From Chrysochromulina tobinii (taxonomy: Eukaryota): a stretch of 60,146 bases of DNA. Numbering within the stretch: position 1 is the first letter of the stretch; each line of letters begins with the position of its first letter. Of the stretch, positions 31,039 through 41,500 are shown in pieces. The translations under genes were made by a program, and so were the position numbers. The stretch is taken from the NCBI GenBank assembly GCA_001275005.1, contig JWZX01003405.1, positions 1-60,146 on the forward strand. The letters run 5' to 3'. The notes below the pieces were generated by a model, which did not search any database, was not told the DNA's origin, and was given only the letters and a program-made list of their open reading frames with translations.

Positions 31039-32115
31039 ATGGCGTCCACCCGCACGACGTACTTGCTGCACTCATTATCATTGTTGGTTGTGCTACATCA
31101 CGCAGATGCTAGGTTTCCCATGGCCATGCCATTTGTGCGCATCGGCGCGCACCAGCCGCTATCCACTGTTGCCGCGTCATCAAAGAGCAGGACTCCTTCG
31201 CCATCTTTGTTTGCATCAAGGCGGTTTTTCCTCTCGGCGCTCCCAGCAGCGTCGTACGCCACTCTGGGAGGCGTGGGACATCTGGTCCAAACTGTTGTCC
31301 TCGCATGGAAGGGCGTGCTCTTACTCGCGGGCCGCATCGGTTTCCCGATGCTCCGCACATTGGTCCCAGTCCTCTTTATACGCTTCAGCTCGGGCATCTT
31401 CAAGAGGCTCGGTGTAACGCAGGCGCCGTCGTGGATCACTGCACTTGCCAAAGATGCTGCAGACGCTGTCGGAGTCTCGCCGCCGGTGCACGTCTTCCTC
31501 ATCCCGGGAACCAAGGAGCCGAACGCCTTTGCAACCGGATTTACGGACAACGATATGTCTATCGCAGTGACGCAAGGGTTGGTGGATGTCCTAGACAAGA
31601 ATGAGATTCGTGCTGTGCTTGCTCATGAAATGGGACATTTGCAGCACCATGATGTCCAGCACAACATGCACATCGCCATAGCTGCAGCTGGCCTCGGTAG
31701 TGTCTACGAGGCGGGTCACATGCTGCTCGATGCAGGCCGCCGCAAGGGCAGGAAGAAGAGGAGCGAGAACGGCGACGGCGCAGGGCTCGCAATGGCGCTC
31801 ATGACGGCAGGGCCTGGTACCCAGGCTATGACCCACTTGCTGCGCCTCTTTGCGAGCCGCTCGGCCGAACTTCGGGCGGACGAAGCCGCTGCCAGAGCAT
31901 TCGGGGCCCAGACACTCATCAACGCGCTTCAGAAGATTTATTGTGGGGGAGCAATGATCTCCGACGGCAGTATAGCGAGCTCGGCACCCGCGCGTAGCGC
32001 GCCAGCGACCTGGATGCACCTAGTGCGAAATGGAGTTGTCAGGATAGCCGGGCTGCTCCGCACGCACCCAACGCTGGAGGAGCGAGTGTCGGCCCTGAGC
32101 CACTTGGCAATCTGA
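31039..32115 (+). CDS. M48/HtpX-family zinc metalloprotease
   Basis: EPNAFATG, IAVTQGL, AVLAHEMGH (HExxH), SRSAELRAD and THPTLEERV; N-terminal signal-like segment. Confidence 0.88.
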   Translation: MASTRTTYLLHSLSLLVVLHHADARFPMAMPFVRIGAHQPLSTVAASSKSRTPSPSLFASRRFFLSALPAASYATLGGVGHLVQTVVLAWKGVLLLAGRIGFPMLRTLVPVLFIRFSSGIFKRLGVTQAPSWITALAKDAADAVGVSPPVHVFLIPGTKEPNAFATGFTDNDMSIAVTQGLVDVLDKNEIRAVLAHEMGHLQHHDVQHNMHIAIAAAGLGSVYEAGHMLLDAGRRKGRKKRSENGDGAGLAMALMTAGPGTQAMTHLLRLFASRSAELRADEAAARAFGAQTLINALQKIYCGGAMISDGSIASSAPARSAPATWMHLVRNGVVRIAGLLRTHPTLEERVSALSHLAI

Positions 32116-32297
32116 CTTTACGTAACGATGAATTTTCTAGAATGAGTCTACGCCACTACGGCTCAGTCGAAAAGACTGAGATTGTGAGAACTCGAGAGGT
32201 CCAGTCTCGTGACCGGACCGGCCTCCCGTCTTACAGAAAAAACTACTTACCGAGTATCCGATCGACTAAACCCTATGACGGGAGGCCGGTCGCGAGC

Positions 32298-32368
32298 CTC
32301 GAGTTCTCAGTCCAGGAGGGGCGTGGCCCCGGGTCTGGCTGCTCGCCATCCTGGACTGAGAACTCGAG
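32298..32368. repeat. Perfect 20-bp inverted repeat with a 31-nt spacer
   Basis: ctcgagttctcagtccagga (32298-32317) and tcctggactgagaactcgag (32349-32368). Confidence 0.95.
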
Positions 32369-32371
32369 CTC

Positions 32372-35300
32372 TCAGTCAGGGCGTGGCCCGCCAGGGCCTG
32401 GCTGCTCGCCATCCTGCTCGGCCGCGCGCAACTCCATCAACTCGGCCCCCTCCTCGGCCGCGCGGAGCTCCGCCATGCGCTTCCTTGCCATGTGTCCGAC
32501 GACGGCGTCCCCCAGTTGAGGATGCTGCGTGAGCATGCGAGCGAGGCTCGCCCCTTGCTCGGGCTGGAGCGTCTCCATGAGCGCCGCGAGGTGCCCAGCA
32601 AGAGACGGCAGCTCTGACGGCGCGTCCCACAGCGTCGATTCGTACGAGTCACCGCAACGACTCGCTGCGGACGGCGGCGGCGGCGGCGGCGCGCGCCTCA
32701 CCGCTGCCTGCACGGTACTGGGCAGAGCACCACCATACAAGGGGGCAGCCCCCGCATGAGCCCCCGCATGGCGGGAGGCTGGCGGGCGGAGCTGCTGCGC
32801 GGAGGTGCTGAGGAGCTGGAGCGCCGTGCCGAGCGCCCGCGCCAGCGCCGAGAGGCTCGCCACGTCCGCAGCGGGCAGCCTAGGGAGCGTCGTCGCGGGC
32901 ACCACGACGAGGAGCAAGCGCGACCACAGCCGGGAGGGGTCGCGGTGGCGCAGTCGGCCGGCTGGCGCGTGCGCGCGGACGCTCGGCACGGCGCTCGGCG
33001 GTCTGTGATGGATTGGGACGAGGAGTAACGCATCGTGCAGCACCTCGAGCCCGATGAGCTCTGCCACACGGCGATGGACGGCGCGGCGCGCGAAGCCATC
33101 AGAGAGGCTCGGCACGACGCCGAGCGCTCCACTCGTGAACGCGTCGCCCAACACGCCGCTGCCGTCGCTCGCGGCGCCGGGAATCGGGATGATCCGTGCC
33201 AGCTGCGCCGCGCCGGAGCGGCCGCCGGCGCCGAGGAGAGCGAGCGCCTTGGCGCCGCCAGCGCCGCCGACGGCAGCGCCGCCGCGTCCGCCTTGTCCTG
33301 GGTCCAATGCCTCGTGCTCGAGGGCAGAGATCGGGTTGTACAAGGAGACGGACTGACCGTCCGCGCCGCGCAGCAGCAGGCGCATCGTACGGAACGCATG
33401 GGCAAAGGCAGCCGAGCTCGCGATCTCGTCGAGCTGCTTCGCCAGCGCCTCGACGCTCGCAGCGGCCGGCGGCTCGAGCAGCGACATGCTCAGTACGGCG
33501 CGCGCCTCGGCGAGCTCGGCCGCTTCAAAGGCCACTCCGGGCGCCATGTCGGGCGCTCCGTGCTGGCCCTCGGCCGCCCAACTCGGCGCGCCCGCGGCCG
33601 CGCCCTCGGCCGCGTGCATCGGCGCACCGCCCTCCACCGAGAAGCCGAGCGCCGTCGCGAGCACCATCCACTGCGTCACGAGGGACGTTGGCGTGCCCGC
33701 CACGGCGCTCAGGTCGCGCGCCGTCGCGGGCGCGGGCGCGGTCGGCGGCTCATCCAAATCGGGAGGATTCGTCACCCAGGCACTCGGCCTCGCCGGCGCG
33801 GGTGCGGGCGCGGCCGCCGTGTGCGCGCCCGCGGCGGCGCTCGCGGCGCCCAGTCGAGCATCCATCCAGATCGCCTCGATGAGCGCCTCAATGTCGAGCG
33901 CCTCAATGGCCGCGGGCAACACTCCAGAGCTCAACAGACCCATATTAGGAAATTGGCCCACGCCGGCTTTGCCAGTGTGCCTCGGTGTCCCTCCACTGGG
34001 CGCTGTGGGGTTCCCGAGGCGGCGCCGTCCCGAGCGGCGCCGTCCCGAGCGGCGCCGTCGGAGCCGCCAGCGTACCAGCGGGAGCACAAAGCGCTGTATT
34101 GAGCGCTGGAGGCTCTCGCGCGGCCTTGGGCGCCGCCTTGGGCGCGGGCGCCGACGAGGGGCGCACTGCCAAGCGGGGCGTGGGCGGCCCCGTGGGCGCC
34201 GTCGTGGGCGCGACCGGCGCATGCCGTGCGCTACTAGCGGATGATGGACGTGCCACGTGAGGGCTCGCCGTCGGAGGCGCCGTCTTGGGCGTCGTCAGCT
34301 CGGCGCCCATGTGCGCCTGCCGGCGCAGCTGACCGGCAAGCTCCGCACGCAGCTTGATCGCCGCCATCGCGCTGTACGCGCGCGCCACGACCCAGCTGGC
34401 CTCGTGCACGAGCAGCGCTCGCAACGACGCGACGTCCGCCTCCGAGGGTCCCACAGGACTGTTGGGACGTTGAGATTGCTCCCGAGATTGCTCCCGAGAT
34501 TGCTCCCGAGATTGCTCCCAGCTCGAGACCCCCGAGGGCCCGCGGGCTTGTTGCGCCGGGGGCCACGGCAGGCCCACGGCGCTCGTCGCCTCGGTCGAAA
34601 TCTCGGTCGAAATCTCCTGGGCCGCCAGCGCTGCGTGCAACACCGCCCCACTCGCCTCGACGGCACGTCGCCATGCGCTCATCGAAGTAGCCATGTGCCG
34701 GTTCACCTCAGCGCGCAAGGGCTCCGGCTTGGGCAACGGCGCCGCCTCGCCCTCGTCGCGCGCCGCGGCGCGCGCCGTAGCCAGTCGGAGCGATGCGGCC
34801 GCCATGGACGCAGCACCCGTCCGCAGCGCCTGGAGCAGCTCTCTCTCGTACTCGTCCGTCGCCATCGCGCAGAGCGTGCACGCGCGCGCGGCGCTCGGAT
34901 GCTCCTTCGAAACGGGCGTCGTCCATATGACGCTCTCGATGCGCTGCCGGGCCGCCGCGGCGATCGCAACGAGTTGCACGTCCGTGCGACTCACAGGTTC
35001 ACCTGCGGCTTCGGCAGTCAAGGTAATCGAGCCAACGGTAGAGCACGAGCGGCGAGCGCTTGCAGGCCGCCGCGCTTGTAAATCGAGCGCAAATTCCGAT
35101 GGAGGTAACGCGTTCGTGTAGAGATGCCCTGCAACGCTCTGGTGAGCAAAGCCCCCGCCGACCGCCTCCCGCCTTCCACTCGCAGGCCGCAAGCCGCGCG
35201 GTCCAGCATGCTGATGGAATGTGTCAGCCTGCAGCAGCACGTGCTTCGCTGGCGGCGGTGGTTCAACCGTGGCGCCCTGGACCAAAAATGAATGCAGCTT

Positions 35301-35408
35301 GTGACGGTGCGCTGCGAGAGCCAGAGGAGCAGACGACATGAAGACACGAAACTTGTAACGAAACCGTCCTTCCAAACTTACACCGCGCCGACGAGGGCGG
35401 GAGACCAT
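32372..35408 (-). CDS. Ala/Pro-rich hypothetical protein with a possible degenerate GAF-like region; 1-nt frameshift near 34018
   Basis: The third TAPLG repeat unit carries an extra base; removing it fuses ORF 33945-35408 to ORF 32372-34222. GDAFTSG...LLLVPIH...ADVASLSALARALGTAL is GAF-like. Confidence 0.55.
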
Positions 35409-35689
35409 GCTTCCCGCTCACCTGCGGACAGGGCGCCCGAGAGACTGATGCGATGGGGGAGTTTCTGACAGCCCCCGATGAATGCGTTCCCAGGAAACGA
35501 CCGTCTCGCATGCGCGTCTCGTCTCTCGAGACCAACGAGCAAGCTCGAGACGCGGCCCCGTTCTCGCCACTCAAAAACTGGAAACTTGATCTTTTTATAA
35601 AAACCGTTTAATGATACACATGATGGGCTGCTCAGCGCGAGGGGTTTCAACCCCTTCACCGGTCCTGAGCTCCTGCCTGCAGTGCAGAA

Positions 35690-35781
35690 CTAGCGTCCAG
35701 GTTGCCTCCGCGGTCCGCTGCCCTCCACTGCCCAGTGCAAGCAGTTGGTGAAAGGCGGCATCATTCTGCTGGACGGGCTAG
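35690..35781 (-). promoter_or_regulatory. Eukaryotic SECIS element (form II) in the peroxiredoxin 3' UTR
   Basis: Helix I CUAGC..GUCCAG/CUGGACGCUAG; core AUGAU/GGAC; helix II GCCGCCUUUCA/UGGAGGGCAGC; unpaired CCAA; apical stem CUGCUU/GGGCAG. Confidence 0.88.
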
Positions 35782-35935
35782 CTACAGCATGTACACGAGC
35801 AGCCATTGTGGTCGGGCGCCCATGGACAGGCCTCATCATAGATACGGCCTCACAAGCACCGGCCGTCCAAGTGAGACGAGCCTGTGAAGACTGTGATTGG
35901 CGTCGTCCAGTGACCATGTTTGCCTCGTGGCGAGT

Positions 35936-36379
35936 CTATGCAAGCTCCGAGAGAACCTGGCCGGGAAACTCACCCTTGCCAGCTGGATTCCAGTATTTGA
36001 TCAGCATGCCCGTCTCATCGATCAGTGCGGCGATGCGAGCAGCCTTACCTGCTGAAGAGTCCGCAGCAGCACCATAAGCAACGGCCACGGCGAGCGTCGT
36101 GTCGCAGAGGAGCGGATACGTGAAGCCCTGCTCTTCAGCGAACTTTTTGTTTAGCGTCACATCGTCGTTGGAGCAGCCGACGATGGCCACATTCTTGGCC
36201 TCAAACTCCGGGAGCGCTGCCTGGAAAGCGTTCCCTTCCGCAGTTCATCCTCCGGTGCATGCGCGCGGGTAGAACCAGATCAACAACTTCTTGCCAGCAT
36301 AGTCAGCGAGCTTCAAAGTTGCGCCAGTGTGGCTTTGGCACTCAAAAGTTGGGGCCGCCGAGCCGATCGCAATTGCCAT
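35936..36379 (-). CDS. BCP/PrxQ-type peroxiredoxin selenoprotein (Sec at codon 45, TGA 36245-36247)
   Basis: IGSAAPTF...LLIWFYPRACTGG-TGA-TAEGNAFQ...IVGCSND...FTYPLLCD. The TGA occupies the C of PxxxTxxC, the frame continues after it, and a SECIS lies downstream. Confidence 0.92.
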
Positions 36380-36500
36380 CAGAACCGCGGCCGTCGGCAC
36401 ACCGAGAGAGGAGTGGCCGCGCGAGGAGTTCTCACGTGAATGACTGTGTGATTGCATTAATTAAATTTCGGACGAAACTCTCGGCTTTTTTCCTAACAAT

Positions 36501-37454
36501 TCACGCCGACACCGGAGATCGCGCGTGCACCGCGCGCCGCTGCATCGTCCCTGCCCCGCCTTCGCTCAAGGGAGGCCTCGGTCCGGCGGCCGCTGCAGCG
36601 GCGTGTCCATAGGAGACTCCCGCTACTCCTTCGTGCACACGGACAGCCTGAGACTTTGCCATCGTACTCCACGAGGAGTTGCTCTCAATGTACTTGTTGC
36701 CCTCCGCGTAGAGCCGATCGAGGCTTGGCCCTGGTCCACCCAACTCAGAGAGTTCTCCAAAGGACGGGAATCGCAGCACCGCCTTCATGCCGACCTCGTC
36801 GATGGTGCACACGGGTACGAATAGAAAAGGGTCGAGCCGAGTATTGTTACCAGTGTTGATGAAGAGCTCGGCCGTCACGTTCCACGTCACGCCGTTCGGG
36901 TACTTGGGCGTGCTCGTACTGGAGGTGCTCATCGCCAGCGTACCAAAAGTGTTTGACAGGCCTTGCATGCCAGGCGCCGTGCAGTCGTACATCGGGTCTG
37001 GCTCGACGGCTGGCTCTGCCATGCAATACGCCATATCGGGTGGCTGTGGTTCGAGAATGGCACACTTGCTTGTCGTGTGCGTGTATTGGTACACGGAACT
37101 CACGGATGGGTCGCCGTTCGTGCCAAACTGCACAATCTTCAGACGCTCGGAGAAGATGACGCGCAAGAAGAAGTTGTCATCGTAATATCCCAGGCGAGCG
37201 AGGTTCCAGATGCGGTCCACCCACACTGGTGCGCGTGCACGCTCGCACGTTGCGGAGAATGGGCCGTACGTGGTTTCCCATCGCAGTGTGAAGACCGCCG
37301 GTGAGCGCTGTTGCATCTCATAGCAGCATGGGTCGCGCAGCGCGTCCTTGGGGGTATTTGCTTGGTGCGTCTTCGGCACAAATGGTGAACGTAAGCTCCA
37401 AGTCGTCGCGATGATGAGCAAGGAGAGGACGAAGACGGCCTTGACGCTCGACAT
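36501..37454 (-). CDS. Cyclophilin-like peptidyl-prolyl isomerase-domain protein with a signal peptide/anchor
   Basis: ETTYGPF, APVWVDRIWNLARLGYYD, RVI...IVQFG, SNTFGTLAM and ELFINTGNNTRLD. Confidence 0.75.
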   Translation of the reverse strand: MSSVKAVFVLSLLIIATTWSLRSPFVPKTHQANTPKDALRDPCCYEMQQRSPAVFTLRWETTYGPFSATCERARAPVWVDRIWNLARLGYYDDNFFLRVIFSERLKIVQFGTNGDPSVSSVYQYTHTTSKCAILEPQPPDMAYCMAEPAVEPDPMYDCTAPGMQGLSNTFGTLAMSTSSTSTPKYPNGVTWNVTAELFINTGNNTRLDPFLFVPVCTIDEVGMKAVLRFPSFGELSELGGPGPSLDRLYAEGNKYIESNSSWSTMAKSQAVRVHEGVAGVSYGHAAAAAAGPRPPLSEGGAGTMQRRAVHARSPVSA

Positions 37455-37687
37455 AGTTTGCCGAATCTTACCACCAGGAATCCATCCGTTTTCAAGTTTA
37501 GAAAAGCGTGGAACAAACTCGTGTGCCATGCTGTCCACATCCCACACAACCTTGTATGCTACAGTCTAAGCGCGCCTCATCTCAATTCCGAACTCGTTTC
37601 GTCATCGTCGGGCTTCGTCATCGTCAAAAGCTTGGCGCACTTCGGCACGCTCATCTCGCCGATCGGCCTACGCCTGCCTGCGCGATC

Positions 37688-38125
37688 ATGATGCATGGCC
37701 AGTGCACATCGCCCAAAATCTACCCGACAGCTGCCATGGTCTTCGACGAATCGGACATGGAGAGCCTCGATCGCATATCGGCCGACCATCTGCAGGCGGC
37801 ACAAACTGCGACCCTTCGCCAGCGGGTCATGGAGCAAAATGCGGCACTTAACGACATGTCTGTTGAGCAGTTCATGTGCGCCACGGATTCTATGCCGTGC
37901 AGATACTTCAAGTACACGTACCCTCAGGAAGATGCTTTCGATGAAACCCTCGCTTCACGCAATCAAGATCGTATCGAGCAGGATTACATGCAAGCAGTTC
38001 GGACAGCCACGGCGACGCTGAATTCCCTCGAGGCTAAAGCAGCATCAGCGGGTCAGACCGTTGACGAGTACATGTGCGAGCACGGACTGTTGACGGACAC
38101 GCACCTGGCGCCCTGGGCAAGATGA
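37688..38125 (+). CDS. Small hypothetical helical protein
   Basis: ATG-initiated part of ORF 37508-38125 with protein-like acidic composition; no recognised domain. Confidence 0.4.
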   Translation: MMHGQCTSPKIYPTAAMVFDESDMESLDRISADHLQAAQTATLRQRVMEQNAALNDMSVEQFMCATDSMPCRYFKYTYPQEDAFDETLASRNQDRIEQDYMQAVRTATATLNSLEAKAASAGQTVDEYMCEHGLLTDTHLAPWAR

Positions 38126-38599
38126 ACTTCGGTGCTTCTCTCGTTTTTACCATGTCTTGGAGAAGGGAGTAGGAATACAGGCTGGACGCCGTGCCGCGCG
38201 CGGGTGCTCGATGCGCTTCCGTCCAAGGTGCTCGTGCTGCGCAGCGGCCGCCCCACGGAGCCGTGCGTCGCACCGACCGGCGAGCTTGCCGACCGCGTCG
38301 AGCGGGTACTCGCCCGAAGGGCGACAAGGACACGCGGTGCCCCGCCCTACATTGTATTAGGAACGCCGCTTCGCGTGCCATGCTTGCGCAACTCCACCTG
38401 GAGTCTGTGCTGTGTACTTGGCTGTGTAACGGTATGCACGTGCGATGTGCCATCGTGAGTCGCTCACGACACGAGCTCGGGTTTCGTCACCTTCTTTTGC
38501 AAGTTTTCCAGAAACTGAAACGAACGTCTTCCACGGGATGACCTTGCAGTCGGCTCGGCTGCATCGGCATCCTATTGCACCCCGTCGCGACTTCGGTCG

Positions 38600-41500
38600 A
38601 TGATACCTCGGCCGCCCGTAGGTCCACCGCCGGAAAGATTGATAGTGGGACCGGCACTATCCATATTAGATGGCGAATTCTACAAGCGGCGGATACTCAA
38701 TGGCGTGGACAGCAGCGTGATCCCGCCACGCCGACGGCGGAAGCTTCTGCTGAAAGGTCCGGTGCGCATGCAGGTGCATCTGGCACATTTGGAGCCGCTC
38801 GCCACTGATTCGACCACGCAGCTGCCGCCGGTTCAGCCGCCGAGGCCGATGACAGTTTCTGGCTCAACTCCTCGTCTCCACCGCAAGCTACACCGCCACC
38901 GGCCTCGCTGGTGGGTGCGCGACGTGCCCTACGGCGATGAGGCCGCGGGCGCCTCACTGCTCTCAGGGTCCGAATTCTCGCAGGTGGCGGTCGACTCTTT
39001 CTATGGTGGCAGTGAGACCATGGAGGACGAGTACCTCGATCCATTGGACGGCGGGCCGTCGAACACGACGAACACGACAAACATGACGAACACCACGCTC
39101 GGGAGCGGGCGCGGCAGCCTGAACCAGCGGCCCGCGCGAGTCATCAAGCTGCCAGCGAGCTACACGACCGTCTTCGACGGCCCGATCTACGCGAGCCGCC
39201 GGCTGATGACCAACGCGGAGCGACTGCAGTACTTGCTCACCGGAGTGCAACCGCCGGCCGCGCCGCAGCTGCAGCCGCTGCCGCCGCCGCCGCCCGTGCG
39301 TGTGGCCATGGAGGCGGCCGTCGAGGCGGCCGCGCTGCGCCAGCGTCTCTCGGAGCGCATCGAGGTTCGCGAGAGCCTCGTCGCTCAGCTGCGCATGCTT
39401 CTGCCTCTGCCCGAGGGGCCTGAGGCACGCGATGCGGCGACGCAGCGCTGGTTGCGCGACGACGTGGCGCTCAACGGCGTTCGGCTGCGTCTCGCCTCAC
39501 TGCTACGCGCCCTCCGCTCCGAGTCGGTCGCCATCTGTACCGGTATCGCCGAGTGGCGAGCGGCGATGCGACGCGGCTCGGCGGAGCTGCAACTCCTTCC
39601 TGCGCGCGAACTCCCCTTTTGTTGGCAGGGCGTCTCGTACCTGCTCAAGATGACGACCGACCTCGCCGTGCTCCCGCTGCCCCTACAACTCAACCCTCTG
39701 CTGCTCGGCTGGTTCGGGGAGCAGGTCCCGTGGCTCTTTAGCTCGGTGCACTCGCTCCAGGCGCTGCCCTTCGGACGGGCGGCGACGGAGCTCGCTTCGC
39801 TCTTCGACCCGCCACCCGACTCCGATCCCGAGTACCTCTCCGCGGTGCAGGCCGCCCAGCATATGTTGCTGGAGGAGTGCCAGCGCTGCTCGCTCACGAG
39901 CTCGAGCAGCAGCCTCGCACGCGCCGCAGCAGAGAGGGCGAAGCACGGACGGCTATCCAGCCGATGGCAGTGGGCGGCGCTTCAGGTCATCCTGTACGGG
40001 GGCGAGTGCTACTCGAAGCTGCTGCGCTACCAGCAGAGTTGTGTCGAGGCGCTGCACCTCACGGCGGCGTGCGAGCTCGTGCAGCGCGCGTACCGCAACC
40101 GGCTCGCGCGCAAGATGGTGCGCGTGCAGCGCGCGCTCGTGCAGCGCCACCGCAAGGAAATCGAGCAAAAGCAGCTGTTCGCCGTCATCAAAGTCCAGGC
40201 GATCGCGCGCGGCTTCTTCCTTCGCACCGCAAGCCAGCTGGTCATCGACGAGAAGTTTGCAGCGGAGCAGATTGCGGCTCTCACGAGCGGCGGCGGCGGC
40301 GGCGGCGACGGCGGCGGCATCATCGGTGATGATGGCCCACATCCCAACGGGCGCATAAGCCCCACTCGTAAGCCCACTGAGCGCCAGGCGCGGATTGCGA
40401 GCGAGTTGGAGGCGAATCGGGAGAGGCGCGACACTCGCCAGCGACAAATGACCGAGCGCCAGGCGCGGATTGCGAGCGAGTTGGTGGCGAATCGGGAGAG
40501 GCGCGACACTCGCCGGCGACAACAGGCCGCCACAGGCGTGATCCAGCGCAAAGCCCGCGTCACGACTGCGCGGATGGAGGTGAAACGACAACGTCGCGAG
40601 CGCGAGGAGCTCAAGGCGAGGGCCCATGAGCACCTCGAGCGCTTGCCAGCACGCGTCGCAATGGCAGTGCGTGGCCTCCTCGGACGGAAGCGCGAGCTGC
40701 GTCAGGTGCTCTGGCGGGCCTTCACGCACGCGAGCGAGGCGAGCAGCAACCGGCCGAGCCTCGTCATGCCCGAAACGGCGCTCCAAGGGAGGGGTTCGTC
40801 AGGGGACGCTGTGAACGTGAACCGGCCGAGCCTCGTCACGCCCGATACGGCGCTCCTAGGGAGGGGTTCGTCAGGGGACGCTGTGAACGTGAACGCTGAG
40901 GACGGGGAGGAGGAGGCGGACGAGGATGACAAGGACGATCCGGATGGTACCATTCATGCGCCGCTGCTGTCGCGGCTGCTCCCAGCCGCGTGCGCCGCGG
41001 ACGAGAAGCAGCGAGGGCTGGGGATCAAGATTGCCAACCGGGCTGCGGCCAGCCTCGAGGCGGCCATCGCCGGTGGGGCTGCCGGAGCTGCGCGCGGTGC
41101 CCACTCCGGCGCGTGGAGCGAGGTGGTCGTTCGTGCGACTGACGAGGCAGCGGCGGCCGCAGCGAGCATGGCCTCCCCAGCTGACGACTCCTACTGGCGC
41201 GCAAGGCCCGAGAGGATCGCCTTGGGCGGGCGGCTCTCACAGGTCGATGTGCTGACGATGCTCCGGGGTGCGCGAGTGGCAAGGGAGCGCGCAGCCCTCG
41301 CCGCCGCCCGATCCGAAATCGAAGCGGCCATGTGGGAGGCTGTGCACGAGGACGTGCCCACAGCCGAGGCCGCCGCGGCCGCGGCCGAGAAGGCAAAGGA
41401 AGCGGTGCAAGCGGCCACTGCCGCTGCGGCCGAAGTGGAGGTGAAGATCCATGCCGAGGTTGCGTTGGGCAATGAGACGGCCGGCATCAGTGCGGCGGAG

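Noticed and set aside
35630..35670. Hairpin gctcag..aggggttgaaacccct..ctgagc as a second SECIS
   Set aside because: The upper stem is too short and the GA-quartet geometry is not met; the 35690-35781 element fits much better.
36245..36247. Peroxiredoxin TGA as a nonsense mutation (pseudogene)
   Set aside because: Its position at the catalytic residue and the downstream SECIS favour selenocysteine.
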